From an uncultured Candidatus Saccharibacteria bacterium (lineage in GTDB: Bacteria; Patescibacteriota; Minisyncoccia; Sungbacterales; JACQCQ01), in the NCBI GenBank assembly GCA_964494945.1, contig CAZBTX010000001.1:67088-131087 (forward strand): DNA of 64,000 nucleotides, written 5' to 3'. The position numbers and the translations under genes are program-made. The notes below the pieces were generated by a model. That model ran no database searches and was not told where the DNA came from. It was given only the letters and a program-made list of their open reading frames with translations. Below are positions 52,508-62,972 of this stretch, piece after piece. Within the stretch, counting starts at the first letter, position 1; each line of letters begins with the position of its first letter.

Positions 52508-52676
52508 ATGAATTATGCCGCCTTTCGGCGCACCCAAGTATGGTAGCCGAAAATGGGTTTTAAGGCAAGATAGAGCCAGATAATGGCGGGAGCGGCTTTA
52601 CCCCTACACCGTGCGGGCTTAGACCCACGGTGTGGGGATTTACAGATACGTTAATTTTGGGTAGAATATCCGAGTT

Positions 52677-52883
52677 ATGAAAAGGGGAATCCATCCGACA
52701 TATTCAAATAAGGCCGTAATTCAGTGCGCCTGCGGGAATGTCATAAAGACCGGCTCCACTAAAGAAAAACAGGAAATTGAGATCTGCTGGCATTGCCATC
52801 CATTTTACACCGGTAAATCAAAATTGATTGACGCCGCCGGCCGCGTGGAGCGCTTCAGGGAACGCCTCAAGAAGCGTAAATAA
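52677..52883 (+). CDS. rpmE: 50S ribosomal protein L31 (Zn-binding type)
   Basis: MKRGIHP, CACG, CWHCHPFYTG, GRVERF. Confidence 0.97.
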   Translation: MKRGIHPTYSNKAVIQCACGNVIKTGSTKEKQEIEICWHCHPFYTGKSKLIDAAGRVERFRERLKKRK

Positions 52884-53013
52884 CAAAATTTCTAATCCAT
52901 AATTTCTAGTCAAATCCTAATGACTAATTTTTATGTGTTGGGTTTTCCGGCATTCATTAGAAATTAGTGATTAGATATTAGATATTGAAGGATCTATTCC
53001 GAATATAACAGAG

Positions 53014-54039
53014 ATGAATCTCTCCGAAATCTCGCAGGAAATTGAGGAACTCACCAAAAGGCTCTCTGACCCTGGGTTTCTTTCAAATTCGGCGGATGCC
53101 AAAGCTGCCGGGCAGAAACTCCAGAAGCTTCAGAAAAAGCTGGAACTTTTAGAGTTACTGGAGAAAACCAGAAAAAATCTGGCGGAAACCAGGGCCATGC
53201 TAAAAGAGAAGCTTGACCCATCTTTATTGGATGTAGCCAAACAAGATGAAGCCGATCTGATATACGAAGAAAATAAGCTAAGACAAGAGTTGGAAGGCCT
53301 GGAGAAAGAACCGGAAAAAGAACTGCCGTCTGACGTTATCATGGAAATCCGCGCGGGAGCCGGTGGAGAAGAAGCGTCGCTATTCGCTATGGAACTTTTT
53401 AATATGTACTCCAAGTTTGCCGAGTCAAAAAAATGGGATACTAATCTTATTTCCAGCTCCGCCTCAGAAATTGGTGGATACAAAGAAGTTATTTTCGAAA
53501 TAAACGGGCCGGATGCCTATAAAATGTTGCGCCAGGAATCAGGCGTGCATAGGGTTCAGCGCATTCCGGCAACGGAAAAACAAGGCAGAATCCATACTTC
53601 CACCGCATCCATAGCGGTATTGCCCAAGGTCAAAGATATTGACGTGGAAATCAGGCCAGCCGACATTAAGGTTGAGTTTTATCGCTCTTCCGGCCCCGGC
53701 GGACAAAATGTAAATAAGGTGGAAACGGCGGTGCGCATCACGCACTTGCCAACGGGATTTGTCATCACTTCTCAAGAAGGCCGTTCGCAATTAAAGAACC
53801 GCGAACGCGCCATGTCGTTGTTGCGTGCCCGCATTTACGACATACAGCGCGAAGCCGAAGAAAAGAAATTATCCGCCGAGCGGAGATCTCAAATTGGCAC
53901 AGCCGATAGGTCAGAAAAAATCCGCACTTATAATTTCCCACAAGACCGCGTCACCGACCACCGCGTTAACCAAAGTTGGCATAATATTGAGTCCATTATG
54001 CAAGGTAAACTGGACGACATCATCTCGGCTTTCCAATAA
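53014..54039 (+). CDS. prfA: Peptide chain release factor 1
   Basis: PAT specificity motif, GGQ, RTYNFPQDRVTDHR. Confidence 0.97.
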   Translation: MNLSEISQEIEELTKRLSDPGFLSNSADAKAAGQKLQKLQKKLELLELLEKTRKNLAETRAMLKEKLDPSLLDVAKQDEADLIYEENKLRQELEGLEKEPEKELPSDVIMEIRAGAGGEEASLFAMELFNMYSKFAESKKWDTNLISSSASEIGGYKEVIFEINGPDAYKMLRQESGVHRVQRIPATEKQGRIHTSTASIAVLPKVKDIDVEIRPADIKVEFYRSSGPGGQNVNKVETAVRITHLPTGFVITSQEGRSQLKNRERAMSLLRARIYDIQREAEEKKLSAERRSQIGTADRSEKIRTYNFPQDRVTDHRVNQSWHNIESIMQGKLDDIISAFQ

Positions 54040-54060
54040 CAACTTACCGATACTATATTT

Positions 54061-54108
54061 CCCCCATACCATATATGTTTCCCATAGGAAACATATATGG
54101 TATGGGGG
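54061..54108. terminator. Long perfect hairpin between convergent genes
   Basis: CCCCCATACCATATATGTTTCC-cata-GGAAACATATATGGTATGGGGG. Confidence 0.65.
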
Positions 54109-54137
54109 TTCGGTAATTCAGAGGTTTGAAGCTCGTC

Positions 54138-55490
54138 TTAGAGGGCGCGTTCAATCTCTTGTGATAAGGAATAAACGCGATTAGCGTATGAGATACACGC
54201 GTATCTGGCACTGCCCGCCGCCGGACAGTTGGGCCTGCCGCTGATATAGGTGCGGGCGGCGGCTATTTCACCGGATTTTGTTTGCGATTTAGCGCCGGCA
54301 TCCGCCAGAAAAAGTGCCGAAGCCGTAAATGAGTCCTCCACGTTCCAGGGATTAGCGATGCTTTTCCCCAGTATTGAAGCTACGCGATTAGAAAACAAAA
54401 GCCAGGTGGTGGGTATGAATTGCGCGGGTCCCATGGCTCCGCCACAGCCATAATTAGGACGCCTGGATACCGGCATTTTATCGGGGTCCAAACCGAGAGC
54501 CGTCGTTATCTTAAAAAATGCCGCCTTTTGATTTTCTGCCGTAGAGCGCTTTCCCAAATTGATGTAGCACTGATACATGTCAGTGGACCAATTCCCCTTA
54601 CCAACATTATGCCCCACCGTGATTTGACCGTTCTCAAATTGCTTGCCTGTTTCAACCTCTAATAATCCCAAAAGAAACGCTTGTCTTATGCCGGTACGGT
54701 CCGCAGCCAGTTTTGAGTATTTCAGTGCGTCTTCGGCGGAAATACCCGTGCTTTCAAGATAAAAAAGTTTGCCGCGGATGGTGGCGATGTCCGTTTTTTT
54801 CTTTTTCAGCAATTCTTGAAAAAGCGACTCTTTACCCTGGGTCAGTTTTAACAGCTGGTCGCGCTCTAAACGCTTTTGTGAAAGCGAGCGCTTGTCCACT
54901 TCCTGGATGGCCTTAGCCGCTTCCTGCCCTTCGCGGAAATCCTCAAGTTCGATTTTCTCCTGCTCCAATGACTTTTTGTAGTCGCGCAATTCCGCTATCT
55001 TATTCTGTATCGTCTCCTGCAGTTTTTCGTTATTGTTCAGAACTAAAAAGAATTCTGATAAGCTTTGATTTTTAAGCATTAATTCCAAAAGGTTTTCACC
55101 TCCTCTTTGCGCCAATTCCTTAACGGCAGCACCTAGTTCTCTTTGCGTGACACCAATTTTTAGTGTTGTCTGTTTTATATTTGATATTTTACGTGCGATA
55201 TCGGTTTCGGTTTGTTTAATAACCAGCGTTAAGCGGCGGATCTCCAATTCCCGGCGCTTTATCTCGTTATCTAAAAGCGCGATCTCGTTTTTTAGGGTGC
55301 GGGCCTGTCCTTGGATCTCCTGAATGTTCTGGTCCAAACCCGCGGCTTCTTTTTCCAGCTGATCCAGTTGTTTGGTAAGAGAGCTGCGCTCTTCCGGCGA
55401 AAGATTATCTTGGGCGCGTATAAAAACTGGCACTGAAAGCACCAGCGTTATAAAGAGATATGGAGTAATCTTTTTAAATAATGCCCACAT
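54138..55490 (-). CDS. Secreted coiled-coil protein with a C-terminal lytic transglycosylase (SLT_2/MltB-like) domain
   Basis: Signal/TM, long heptad region, VETG catalytic Glu, GAMGPAQFIPTTW. Confidence 0.85.
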   Translation of the reverse strand: MWALFKKITPYLFITLVLSVPVFIRAQDNLSPEERSSLTKQLDQLEKEAAGLDQNIQEIQGQARTLKNEIALLDNEIKRRELEIRRLTLVIKQTETDIARKISNIKQTTLKIGVTQRELGAAVKELAQRGGENLLELMLKNQSLSEFFLVLNNNEKLQETIQNKIAELRDYKKSLEQEKIELEDFREGQEAAKAIQEVDKRSLSQKRLERDQLLKLTQGKESLFQELLKKKKTDIATIRGKLFYLESTGISAEDALKYSKLAADRTGIRQAFLLGLLEVETGKQFENGQITVGHNVGKGNWSTDMYQCYINLGKRSTAENQKAAFFKITTALGLDPDKMPVSRRPNYGCGGAMGPAQFIPTTWLLFSNRVASILGKSIANPWNVEDSFTASALFLADAGAKSQTKSGEIAAARTYISGRPNCPAAGSARYACISYANRVYSLSQEIERAL

Positions 55491-55531
55491 AAAAAACAGC
55501 TTGCTACCAGCGGCTGCTTTAGATTATATCA

Positions 55532-55567
55532 CAGAAAAACCCCCGACCTAGGTCGGGGGTTTTTCTG
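55532..55567. terminator. Bidirectional intrinsic terminator after rplY
   Basis: CAGAAAAACCCCCGACCT/AGGTCGGGGGTTTTTCTG. Confidence 0.85.
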
Positions 55568-55574
55568 ATTCAAA

Positions 55575-56270
55575 TCATTTTTTCTTTTCTTCTTCTACAA
55601 CTTCACCAGCCGCAGCTTTGGTCTCTTCATCGGCCTTTTTCTTGGCTTCCTGCTCGGTCATAACTTCAACAATCGCGGCTGGCTCGGCGGTTTCCAGCGC
55701 TTTTAATTCTTCTTCGGTCCTCGGCGGCTCCACAAGCACTATTACCTCTTCCGGATCAACAAGAAATTTAACACCGGGCGGGGCTTCTATGTCACGTAAA
55801 GTCAAACGGTCGTTAAGTTTTTCCAATCTGGAAAGGTCTACGTTAATTTGATGCGGCAGGTCTTTAGGAAGTGCTGCGATCTCAACTTCATGCATAACTT
55901 TTACCAGAACACCTGCCTCATTTTTGACTGCCGGCGACTCGCCTATAAATTCAAGTAGCACTTTGGTACGAAGCTCTTTGTCCATTTGCACGGCCAAAAA
56001 GTCGGCATGCAAGGGAGCTTCAGTAAGCGGGTCTATTGATACGTCATGTATTAAAACATTCAAAGATTTACCGTTTACCACTAAAGATACTAGCGTAGAT
56101 TCACCCGCTTCCTTAAAAACTTTTTTGAATGATTTGGTGGGTACCGCGATGGACTCGGTTTTTACCTTCCCGCCATAAACTACCGCGGGTAAAAGGCCGC
56201 GGCGGCGAAGCGCTTTAACGGATTTGCCCAATAGGGTTCTTTTTTCGGCTTCTAATGTGATCATGCCCAC
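55575..56270 (-). CDS. rplY: 50S ribosomal protein L25/Ctc
   Basis: LRRRGLLPAVVYG, HADFLAV, GESPAVK. Confidence 0.96.
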   Translation of the reverse strand: MGMITLEAEKRTLLGKSVKALRRRGLLPAVVYGGKVKTESIAVPTKSFKKVFKEAGESTLVSLVVNGKSLNVLIHDVSIDPLTEAPLHADFLAVQMDKELRTKVLLEFIGESPAVKNEAGVLVKVMHEVEIAALPKDLPHQINVDLSRLEKLNDRLTLRDIEAPPGVKFLVDPEEVIVLVEPPRTEEELKALETAEPAAIVEVMTEQEAKKKADEETKAAAGEVVEEEKKK

Positions 56271-56424
56271 TTAAGTTCTTGCCATTCAGTTTTATGGGCC
56301 CGCCCCGGCAAAAACTTAGGCGGGCATAGGCGCGAGAATTATGTTATCACATAAAATTAAAAAAGAGAAGGTCAGGGCGCGAAGCGCCCTGACCTTGGAC
56401 AGAAGTCGGCGACTTAATGTCGCT

Positions 56425-56805
56425 CTATGGCACCATCGGAAATAGGAGCGAACGCGCACTTAGCTGTTTAGGCGCGAGGCCCTCAATGATGGCGGCTAGG
56501 ACCCGCGGGGTGATATGCAGGGTGTGTAGAACTTGCACTTGGCTATAGATAGCACTGGGAGCGCAGCCGACGTGGCAGTCCGTGTAGACGATAACGCGAT
56601 CGCGAGGTAATGCGTTGAGAACCTCAATGATGGCCGCTACGTCCGTCTGGTCGGTAATGACGATATCAGGTTTCTCCTTCGCGATTACCTCACGAACGCG
56701 CCCGGCGGCACCTGGCGGCGCCATAACTTCAACACCGTCGAGACCGCTAAGGGCTTCCACCACTGGTCTGACCTCACCCGGCGAAAAGATCACAAGTACC
56801 TTCAA
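56425..56805 (-). CDS. Receiver-domain-like hypothetical protein
   Basis: GGAGGTGA SD before TTG; MKVLVI...EKPDIVITD...VIVYT pattern; hairpin terminator at 56369-56397. Confidence 0.55.
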   Translation of the reverse strand: MKVLVIFSPGEVRPVVEALSGLDGVEVMAPPGAAGRVREVIAKEKPDIVITDQTDVAAIIEVLNALPRDRVIVYTDCHVGCAPSAIYSQVQVLHTLHITPRVLAAIIEGLAPKQLSARSLLFPMVP

Positions 56806-56869
56806 GGGTCACCTCCCCACTGAATCTTTTACGGCTTGTAAGGTTTATATCAATAATTATCAAGGCCTG

Positions 56870-57835
56870 TCAAATATGAATGGCGTTGGGCGCGGGATTT
56901 CCTGCCAAAACTTCTAAAATATTCTTTGCCGCGACCTCACCCATTTTTTGCCGAGTTTCTTCCGTGGCCGAGGCAATATGCGGAGTAACGATAATGTTAT
57001 CTAAATCTTTCAACATCGGCTCCATGGCGGGCTCGTTCTCAAAAACATCAATGGCCGCACCCCTAATTATTTTGTCGCGCAGAGCTTCGGCCAGCGCTTT
57101 CTCGTCTACGATCGGCCCACGGGAAGTGTTCACTAAATAAGCCGTGGGTTTCATCAAGCGAAGCCGCTCGGCATTTACCAGATGATGCGTTGTCGGCAAA
57201 AGCGGCACGTGAATGGAAACAAAATCAGCTTCCTTAAAAATATCTTCAGGCGCGGCTCTAAACTCCGCCCCAACTTCTTTCTCAAAATCCCCGTTCCTTT
57301 TTACGTCGTAATACAAAACACGCATATCAAAGCCCTTAGCGCCGTGGTGTGCCACGCGGGAGCCAATCCTGCCGAGACCCACAATGCCCAGCGTTTTATG
57401 CGATAAATCAGTACCTAAAAGCAATTCCGGCTCCCAGCCGATATATTTCCCCGCGCGCATGAATTTGTCAGCTTCAGCCACCCTGTGCGCTATAGCAAGC
57501 ATTAGCGCGAAAGTATGTTCCGCTACAGTTTCTGTTAGAACATCCGGCGTATTTGATATGGTAATCCCTAATTCTTTAGCGGCTGCGACGTCAACGTTGT
57601 CATAACCCACAGCGTAATTGGCAACGATCTTGACGCTTCCCTTCCACGCCTCAAGCACTTCGAGGGTAACTTTATCCGTTAATTGCGTCAAAACCGCGTC
57701 CTGGTCTTTTCCGCCGTCAATTAATTCTGGCGGCGTTAACACGCGGTCATGCGGGCTAATTGTTATCTCATGCCCCGCTGACGTCAACATGTCTATGCCA
57801 TGATTTAGAATTTTTCTGGTGATGAAGATTCTCAT
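56870..57835 (-). CDS. D-2-hydroxyacid dehydrogenase (glyoxylate reductase/D-glycerate dehydrogenase)
   Basis: AVGYDNVD, GLGRIG, VNTSRGPIVDE, DVFENEP, TPHIAS. Confidence 0.93.
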   Translation of the reverse strand: MRIFITRKILNHGIDMLTSAGHEITISPHDRVLTPPELIDGGKDQDAVLTQLTDKVTLEVLEAWKGSVKIVANYAVGYDNVDVAAAKELGITISNTPDVLTETVAEHTFALMLAIAHRVAEADKFMRAGKYIGWEPELLLGTDLSHKTLGIVGLGRIGSRVAHHGAKGFDMRVLYYDVKRNGDFEKEVGAEFRAAPEDIFKEADFVSIHVPLLPTTHHLVNAERLRLMKPTAYLVNTSRGPIVDEKALAEALRDKIIRGAAIDVFENEPAMEPMLKDLDNIIVTPHIASATEETRQKMGEVAAKNILEVLAGNPAPNAIHI

Positions 57836-57950
57836 GTTTGAACTCAAAACCCAAAGGGCAAAAATCAAAAATTCAAGTTAGAAGTCAAAACTGAACGGGA
57901 ACTTTTGGATTTTGACTTGCACTTTTGTATTTTGATTTTTGACTTTTGAT

Positions 57951-58832
57951 TTATAATTTATCAACTGCTCCAAATAATCTTAGTTTTTCTTCAACGACTT
58001 GCTTCAGTATATCACGTGCGGCGGTATCGTATTTATACGGCGTCGTTTCGTCGGGTTTCTTCGCTAATTCCTCTCTTAGCGCCTTAGAATAAGCTACGCG
58101 GATGTCGGTATTTATGTGAATATTGGCGATACCGGCGGCGATTGCGGCTTTGATTTGTTCATCGGGGATGCCGGAACCGGCATGCAATACCAGCGCTACT
58201 GATTCGGGAACAGACCCACGTATTTTTCGTATCAATTCAATATCCAACGCCGGCTCATCCAGCGAAATGCCATGAATATTGCCTACGGCAATAGCCAGAC
58301 GATCCACTCCGGTTTTAGCGACAAACTCGGCGGCTTCTTCCGGTTTCGTATAACTTTCGGGGCTAATCTCAATTTTCTCTTTATGAATTTTTGACTCCCC
58401 CGCCAAGTAACCCAATTCCCCTTCCACATTAATGCTTGTCCCTTGTCCCTTGTCGCTTGTTACTCTGCTTGCGTATTCCACAATTTCTTTTGTCCCCGCA
58501 ACGTTGTTTTCATACGTTTCCGCGGAGAGATCAATATGGATTGAATCATATCCCGCATCAACTGCGGTTTTGGCTGCTTCAACGCTCTTATGATGATCAG
58601 CATTAAGAAAAACGGGTATGCCGAATTCTTTTCTGAAAGCGTCCCGGAGAGCTGCGGCCTCAAGATAACCTAGGTGTTTGGCTTCACTCTCCGAAGTACC
58701 GATAATGGCAACCGTATTAAGTTCTTTAGCCGCTTCAACTACAGCGCGCATTTGGTCGGACTCGGACGCGTTAAAATGGCCGGTTGCCCAACTCCCCCTT
58801 GTTGCCTTCATTAAAATTTCTTTCAGCGTCAT
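57951..58832 (-). CDS. fba: Class II fructose/ketose-bisphosphate aldolase
   Basis: LNADH, VEGELG, LAIAVGNIHG, LVLHAGSG, INTDIR. Confidence 0.9.
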   Translation of the reverse strand: MTLKEILMKATRGSWATGHFNASESDQMRAVVEAAKELNTVAIIGTSESEAKHLGYLEAAALRDAFRKEFGIPVFLNADHHKSVEAAKTAVDAGYDSIHIDLSAETYENNVAGTKEIVEYASRVTSDKGQGTSINVEGELGYLAGESKIHKEKIEISPESYTKPEEAAEFVAKTGVDRLAIAVGNIHGISLDEPALDIELIRKIRGSVPESVALVLHAGSGIPDEQIKAAIAAGIANIHINTDIRVAYSKALREELAKKPDETTPYKYDTAARDILKQVVEEKLRLFGAVDKL

Positions 58833-58950
58833 GTAATTTCTAATTTCCAATTTTCAATTTCTAATTTTCAATCAAATCCCAATGTTTCAATGCTCTAAAC
58901 GTTTGAAAATTAAATCATTGAAAATTCATTGAAAATTGAAAATTGAGAAT

Positions 58951-59943
58951 TTACAGAAGCTTCGGCTCATAATCCGCCGGGGCTTCGGCCAAATATTTTT
59001 CCAATTGAGAACGCGACAAAAGTCCCGCCCGAGCGCCAATTTGCTGTACCACCGACATGGAATTCACCGGACCCCAAGTAAGGGCAGTTTTTAGATCGTT
59101 CCCCAGCGCTAAAGCCGCGGTAATGGTTGACGAAAAAGCATCTCCCGCACCGGTGCGCGATAGCGGCGGCTTAGGGTCGGGATAGATCGGCATCTGCCAT
59201 ATTGTACTGCCATCCGAAGCGTAGGCCCCAGCCGGGCCATCGGTGATGCAGACCATTTTGGGTCCCAAAGCGTGAATACTGAAAATAAGTTTTTTTATGT
59301 CGTCTTCTTTGGTATTTAGAATTCTTTGGGCCTCATCGCGATTACAGAAGAATATTTCAGTATGTTTGTATATTCTAGATAATGCTTCGGCACCGAACTT
59401 AATTTGATAGGTACCGGGCTGAAACGCCAGTTTTATATTCTTATGGGACTCCAAATAATCGGCGATGGTATTATGCATGGGCAGTGAATTTTCTCCGGCC
59501 GAAGAAAGGTATAACCACTTGGGCGAGCCCACATCCGGCATTTCGTAATCAAATTTTTCGTGTTTTATTAATATGGTCCTGTCGTCATGGAACCAAAGCA
59601 CGTAATGGTAATTGGTTTTCTTGCCGGGATTTACTTTAATGAAGCGCGTGTCCATGCCTTCGGCTGAAAGCGCCCCAATTATCTCCTTCCCATCATCATC
59701 ATCTCCAACGTTGGAAACAAACGCTGTTTTTAAGCCAAGACGCGCCGCGGCCGAGGCGGCATTAGCGCTATTTCCCACCCCCGGGACGACGGTAACGCTC
59801 TCGTACGGCACCTTGTCGCCGAAGTGGAAACAAATCTCTTTGGCCCCGTGGTCAATATCCACATGAGCCGTAACGTCCGATAAGCGAATAAACGCGTCCG
59901 TCACCGTGTCACCAATAGCTATAAAATCATATCGTGCTGACAT
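58951..59943 (-). CDS. PfkB-family carbohydrate kinase
   Basis: GNSANAA..AARLG, TDGPAGA, RTGAGDAF. Confidence 0.93.
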   Translation of the reverse strand: MSARYDFIAIGDTVTDAFIRLSDVTAHVDIDHGAKEICFHFGDKVPYESVTVVPGVGNSANAASAAARLGLKTAFVSNVGDDDDGKEIIGALSAEGMDTRFIKVNPGKKTNYHYVLWFHDDRTILIKHEKFDYEMPDVGSPKWLYLSSAGENSLPMHNTIADYLESHKNIKLAFQPGTYQIKFGAEALSRIYKHTEIFFCNRDEAQRILNTKEDDIKKLIFSIHALGPKMVCITDGPAGAYASDGSTIWQMPIYPDPKPPLSRTGAGDAFSSTITAALALGNDLKTALTWGPVNSMSVVQQIGARAGLLSRSQLEKYLAEAPADYEPKLL

Positions 59944-59945
59944 AA

Positions 59946-60953
59946 TTATTTCTTCCTTGATTTTACCCTATTGACCGCTTCAATAATATGCGAAACTCCC
60001 ATTCCGAATGCCTCCAAAAGTTGAGCTGGTTCTCCGGATTCACCAAATCTATTTTGTACTCCTATGAATTCAATCGGCACTGGGAAATTTTTTGCAAGAA
60101 ATTCGGCCACAGCTGACCCCATACCGCCGGCGACTTGGTGTTCTTCCACCGTAACTACCGCACCCGCGGCATTGGCGGCATCAAGAATGATCGCTTCATC
60201 AAGGGGTTTAACACTGGGGTTATTAATTACGCGAACTCCTATACCTTCTTTTTCAAGCTCCGCGGCCGCTAGAATGGCGTTATGCGTTAAGGGACCGCAA
60301 GCGATAATCGCGACATCCGGCTTGCCGGTCTTCAACTCGTTCCAAAAAATCTGTGCTTTGTTTATCTCAAACGGAGTTTCGTTGGTGGTAAATACCGGCG
60401 TCTTTTCTCTAGCGAAACGCATATAAACGGGACCAACATATCGCGCCGCGGAAATTGTGACCTTGCGCGCCTCTTCCACATCACAGGGCGAGAGCACTAC
60501 CATATTCGCGATTGGCCGCATCACCGCCATATCTTCAATGGCTTGGTGCGTAGCGCCATCCGGGCCGACCGAGACCCCGGCGTGGGCTCCCGCAATTTTT
60601 ACGTTCCGCTCGTTATAACATATAGTCGTACGAATTTGCTCCCAGTTCCTGCCGGGAGAGAACATGGCGTAAGAAGATATAAATGGGATTTTCCCAACAG
60701 CCGCAAGTCCTGATGCCACGGATGCTAAATTTTGCTCGGCCACGCCAATCTCGATGAATCGTTTGGGAAATTTTTCCTTAAATAGAATTGTCCGTGTGGA
60801 CTCGGTAAGGTCCGCGCAAAGCGCCACTACGTTCTGATTTTCCTCTCCGGCTTTAGCAAGCCCCTCGCCGTAACCGTTTCTGGTCGGCTTTTGCTCAATT
60901 GATTTCAAATCAAGCAAATTGGGAACTAATTTCATTTGCGGATTAACCGGCAT
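59946..60953 (-). CDS. Transketolase, C-terminal subunit
   Basis: GVAEQN, GPDGATHQ, VTVEEH. Confidence 0.95.
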   Translation of the reverse strand: MPVNPQMKLVPNLLDLKSIEQKPTRNGYGEGLAKAGEENQNVVALCADLTESTRTILFKEKFPKRFIEIGVAEQNLASVASGLAAVGKIPFISSYAMFSPGRNWEQIRTTICYNERNVKIAGAHAGVSVGPDGATHQAIEDMAVMRPIANMVVLSPCDVEEARKVTISAARYVGPVYMRFAREKTPVFTTNETPFEINKAQIFWNELKTGKPDVAIIACGPLTHNAILAAAELEKEGIGVRVINNPSVKPLDEAIILDAANAAGAVVTVEEHQVAGGMGSAVAEFLAKNFPVPIEFIGVQNRFGESGEPAQLLEAFGMGVSHIIEAVNRVKSRKK

Positions 60954-60977
60954 ATTATATATATTCGCGATTATTTA

Positions 60978-61205
60978 TCACTCCCCTAACGAATCTGAAG
61001 GCAACTGCTCCGGCCCAGCGCTATCTTGATTGTGCGGTTTAAAAATACCAGCGTTTTTGGAACTCTGTACGCTGTCAGCATTGGTTGTAGCGTTGGTATC
61101 CAAAAACGAGCGATAGATCATCAATGTTATTAACGCCGCAAACAACAAAAAAACTACGAAATACAACTTGGTCTCTATGGACTGGGTGTAGGGATTGGAG
61201 GTCAT
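60978..61205 (-). CDS. Small single-TM hypothetical protein between the transketolase subunits
   Basis: 75 aa, one hydrophobic helix, co-oriented with neighbours. Confidence 0.55.
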   Translation of the reverse strand: MTSNPYTQSIETKLYFVVFLLFAALITLMIYRSFLDTNATTNADSVQSSKNAGIFKPHNQDSAGPEQLPSDSLGE

Positions 61206-61325
61206 AATTAGTTCTTGGTTTTCAGTTCTTGTTTTGATTTTTAGTTAATAGTTTGAATTAACCAGAACTGACAACCAGTAACTGTAACTAAGAACTAATA
61301 ATTAAGAACTTTATATTAATTGATG

Positions 61326-62186
61326 TCACTGGTGCTCGCTTACTATTTTACCACCAAGCGTGCGCAATTCTTCCAGCGCCAAACGGGCTTCTTCTTTATT
61401 GGGCGGGATGCCATGCCATTTGTAATCGCGCTCCATAAAATCTACGCCCTTGCCGGGAATGGTATGGGCGATTATCATTTTAGGCTTTTCATAGATGGCC
61501 TTGGCCTCGTCAATAGCCGCTGTAATTTCTTCAAAATTATGTCCGTCAATTTCTAAAACATGCCAATTGAATGCTTCATATTTTGCGCGCAGGGGTTCTA
61601 ACGGCATAATATCTTCAGTATTACCGTCAATCTGTATGTTATTTCTGTCCATAATAGCGACGAGATTCCAGAGTTTTTCTTTGCCAGCCAGCATGGCCGC
61701 TTCCCAGGTCTGCCCGCAATCCTCTTCTCCATCCGACATCATACAAAACACCCAGTTCTTTTTTGCATCCATGCGAAAGCCCAGAGCCATACCCACGGCT
61801 TGAGAAAGGCCAGAACCCAAGGGACCAGAAGTTATCTCAAGACCGGGGAGTGAGGTACGATGTGGATGTCCCTGGAGCCGAGTGCCGAATTTGCGCAATG
61901 TCTTTAATTCTTCAATCGGGAAATACCCCACATGAGCCATGGTCGCATATTGCACCGGGCAAATGTGGCCGTTAGATAGAACCAACCGGTCTCTGCCTTC
62001 CCAGCCGGGGTTTTTAGGATCATGCGCCAAAATATGAAAATACATGGCGGTAAAAATATCTGCCATGTCCAACGGTCCCGCCGAGTGCCCGCTTCCCGCC
62101 TCCACCAGCATCTCAATGACTGATTGGCGGATTTGGTTGGCTTTTTCTTCCAGGAACTTCAGTTTTTCTTCGTGTAAATGATTCAT
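61326..62186 (-). CDS. Transketolase, N-terminal subunit
   Basis: GSGH, RDRLVLSNGH, LQGHP, SDGE...N TPP motif, WHG. Confidence 0.95.
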   Translation of the reverse strand: MNHLHEEKLKFLEEKANQIRQSVIEMLVEAGSGHSAGPLDMADIFTAMYFHILAHDPKNPGWEGRDRLVLSNGHICPVQYATMAHVGYFPIEELKTLRKFGTRLQGHPHRTSLPGLEITSGPLGSGLSQAVGMALGFRMDAKKNWVFCMMSDGEEDCGQTWEAAMLAGKEKLWNLVAIMDRNNIQIDGNTEDIMPLEPLRAKYEAFNWHVLEIDGHNFEEITAAIDEAKAIYEKPKMIIAHTIPGKGVDFMERDYKWHGIPPNKEEARLALEELRTLGGKIVSEHQ

Positions 62187-62289
62187 AGAATTTATTTTTC
62201 CTGCCCGCCTAAGTTTTTCATTAGAAAAATTTTAGCGTGTCTTCGTGTAAATGTGGCATGAAATCTCATTCCAAAAATTTAAATGGCTA

Positions 62290-62964
62290 TCAAGCAATGT
62301 CGTCTTTTAGGGCTTTAATAGCAGCCTCCGTATCGGGCGCAGAAAATATGGCCCAGCCGACAGCGAAAAGATTAGCCCCGGCTTCGCGGCATTTTTTGGC
62401 GATCCCAACCTTAATGCCACCGTCAACTTCAATATCACAAGTCGGGCAATGGTCTCTTAAATGACGAATTTTTTCATAACTAGATTCCACGTATTCTCCG
62501 CCAGCGGGGTTACCTTCAATAAATTGCTGGCCCGTGGCGCCCGGATGCACGGAGAGAACCTGGAATGATCTGTGGCCGTTTTCAATATAGGGAAGGAGCC
62601 ACTTCCATGAAACTTCGGGAGTGATGGCAAGCATGAGATCTACGCCCGCCTTATCGCACTTTTCTTTGATCAGCTTGTAATTCTCCATGGCTTCCACATG
62701 CACGATGATACGCTTGACTCCGGCCTCAATCCAAGCGTCAATCGCCGCCTCGGGGTTTTTAATCATCAAATGCACCTCTATCGCAGATTTTACTTTTAAG
62801 CCTTTCAGATCCGCGGGATTGTGCCACAGGATGTTGGGGGTAAATGTGCCGTCGGCAATATCTAATTTGATTCTGCGAGTGTATGGCTCAACTTTTTTTA
62901 TTCGCTCCCGGGCTTCACTCCAGTCCGTAACATTAACTACGGGAATAACTTCCATTTTCCGCAT
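62290..62964 (-). CDS. rpe: Ribulose-phosphate 3-epimerase
   Basis: LDIADGTFTPN, EVHLMI, SVHPGATGQQF, IEVDGG. Confidence 0.92.
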   Translation of the reverse strand: MRKMEVIPVVNVTDWSEARERIKKVEPYTRRIKLDIADGTFTPNILWHNPADLKGLKVKSAIEVHLMIKNPEAAIDAWIEAGVKRIIVHVEAMENYKLIKEKCDKAGVDLMLAITPEVSWKWLLPYIENGHRSFQVLSVHPGATGQQFIEGNPAGGEYVESSYEKIRHLRDHCPTCDIEVDGGIKVGIAKKCREAGANLFAVGWAIFSAPDTEAAIKALKDDIA

Positions 62965-62972
62965 AAAATAAG

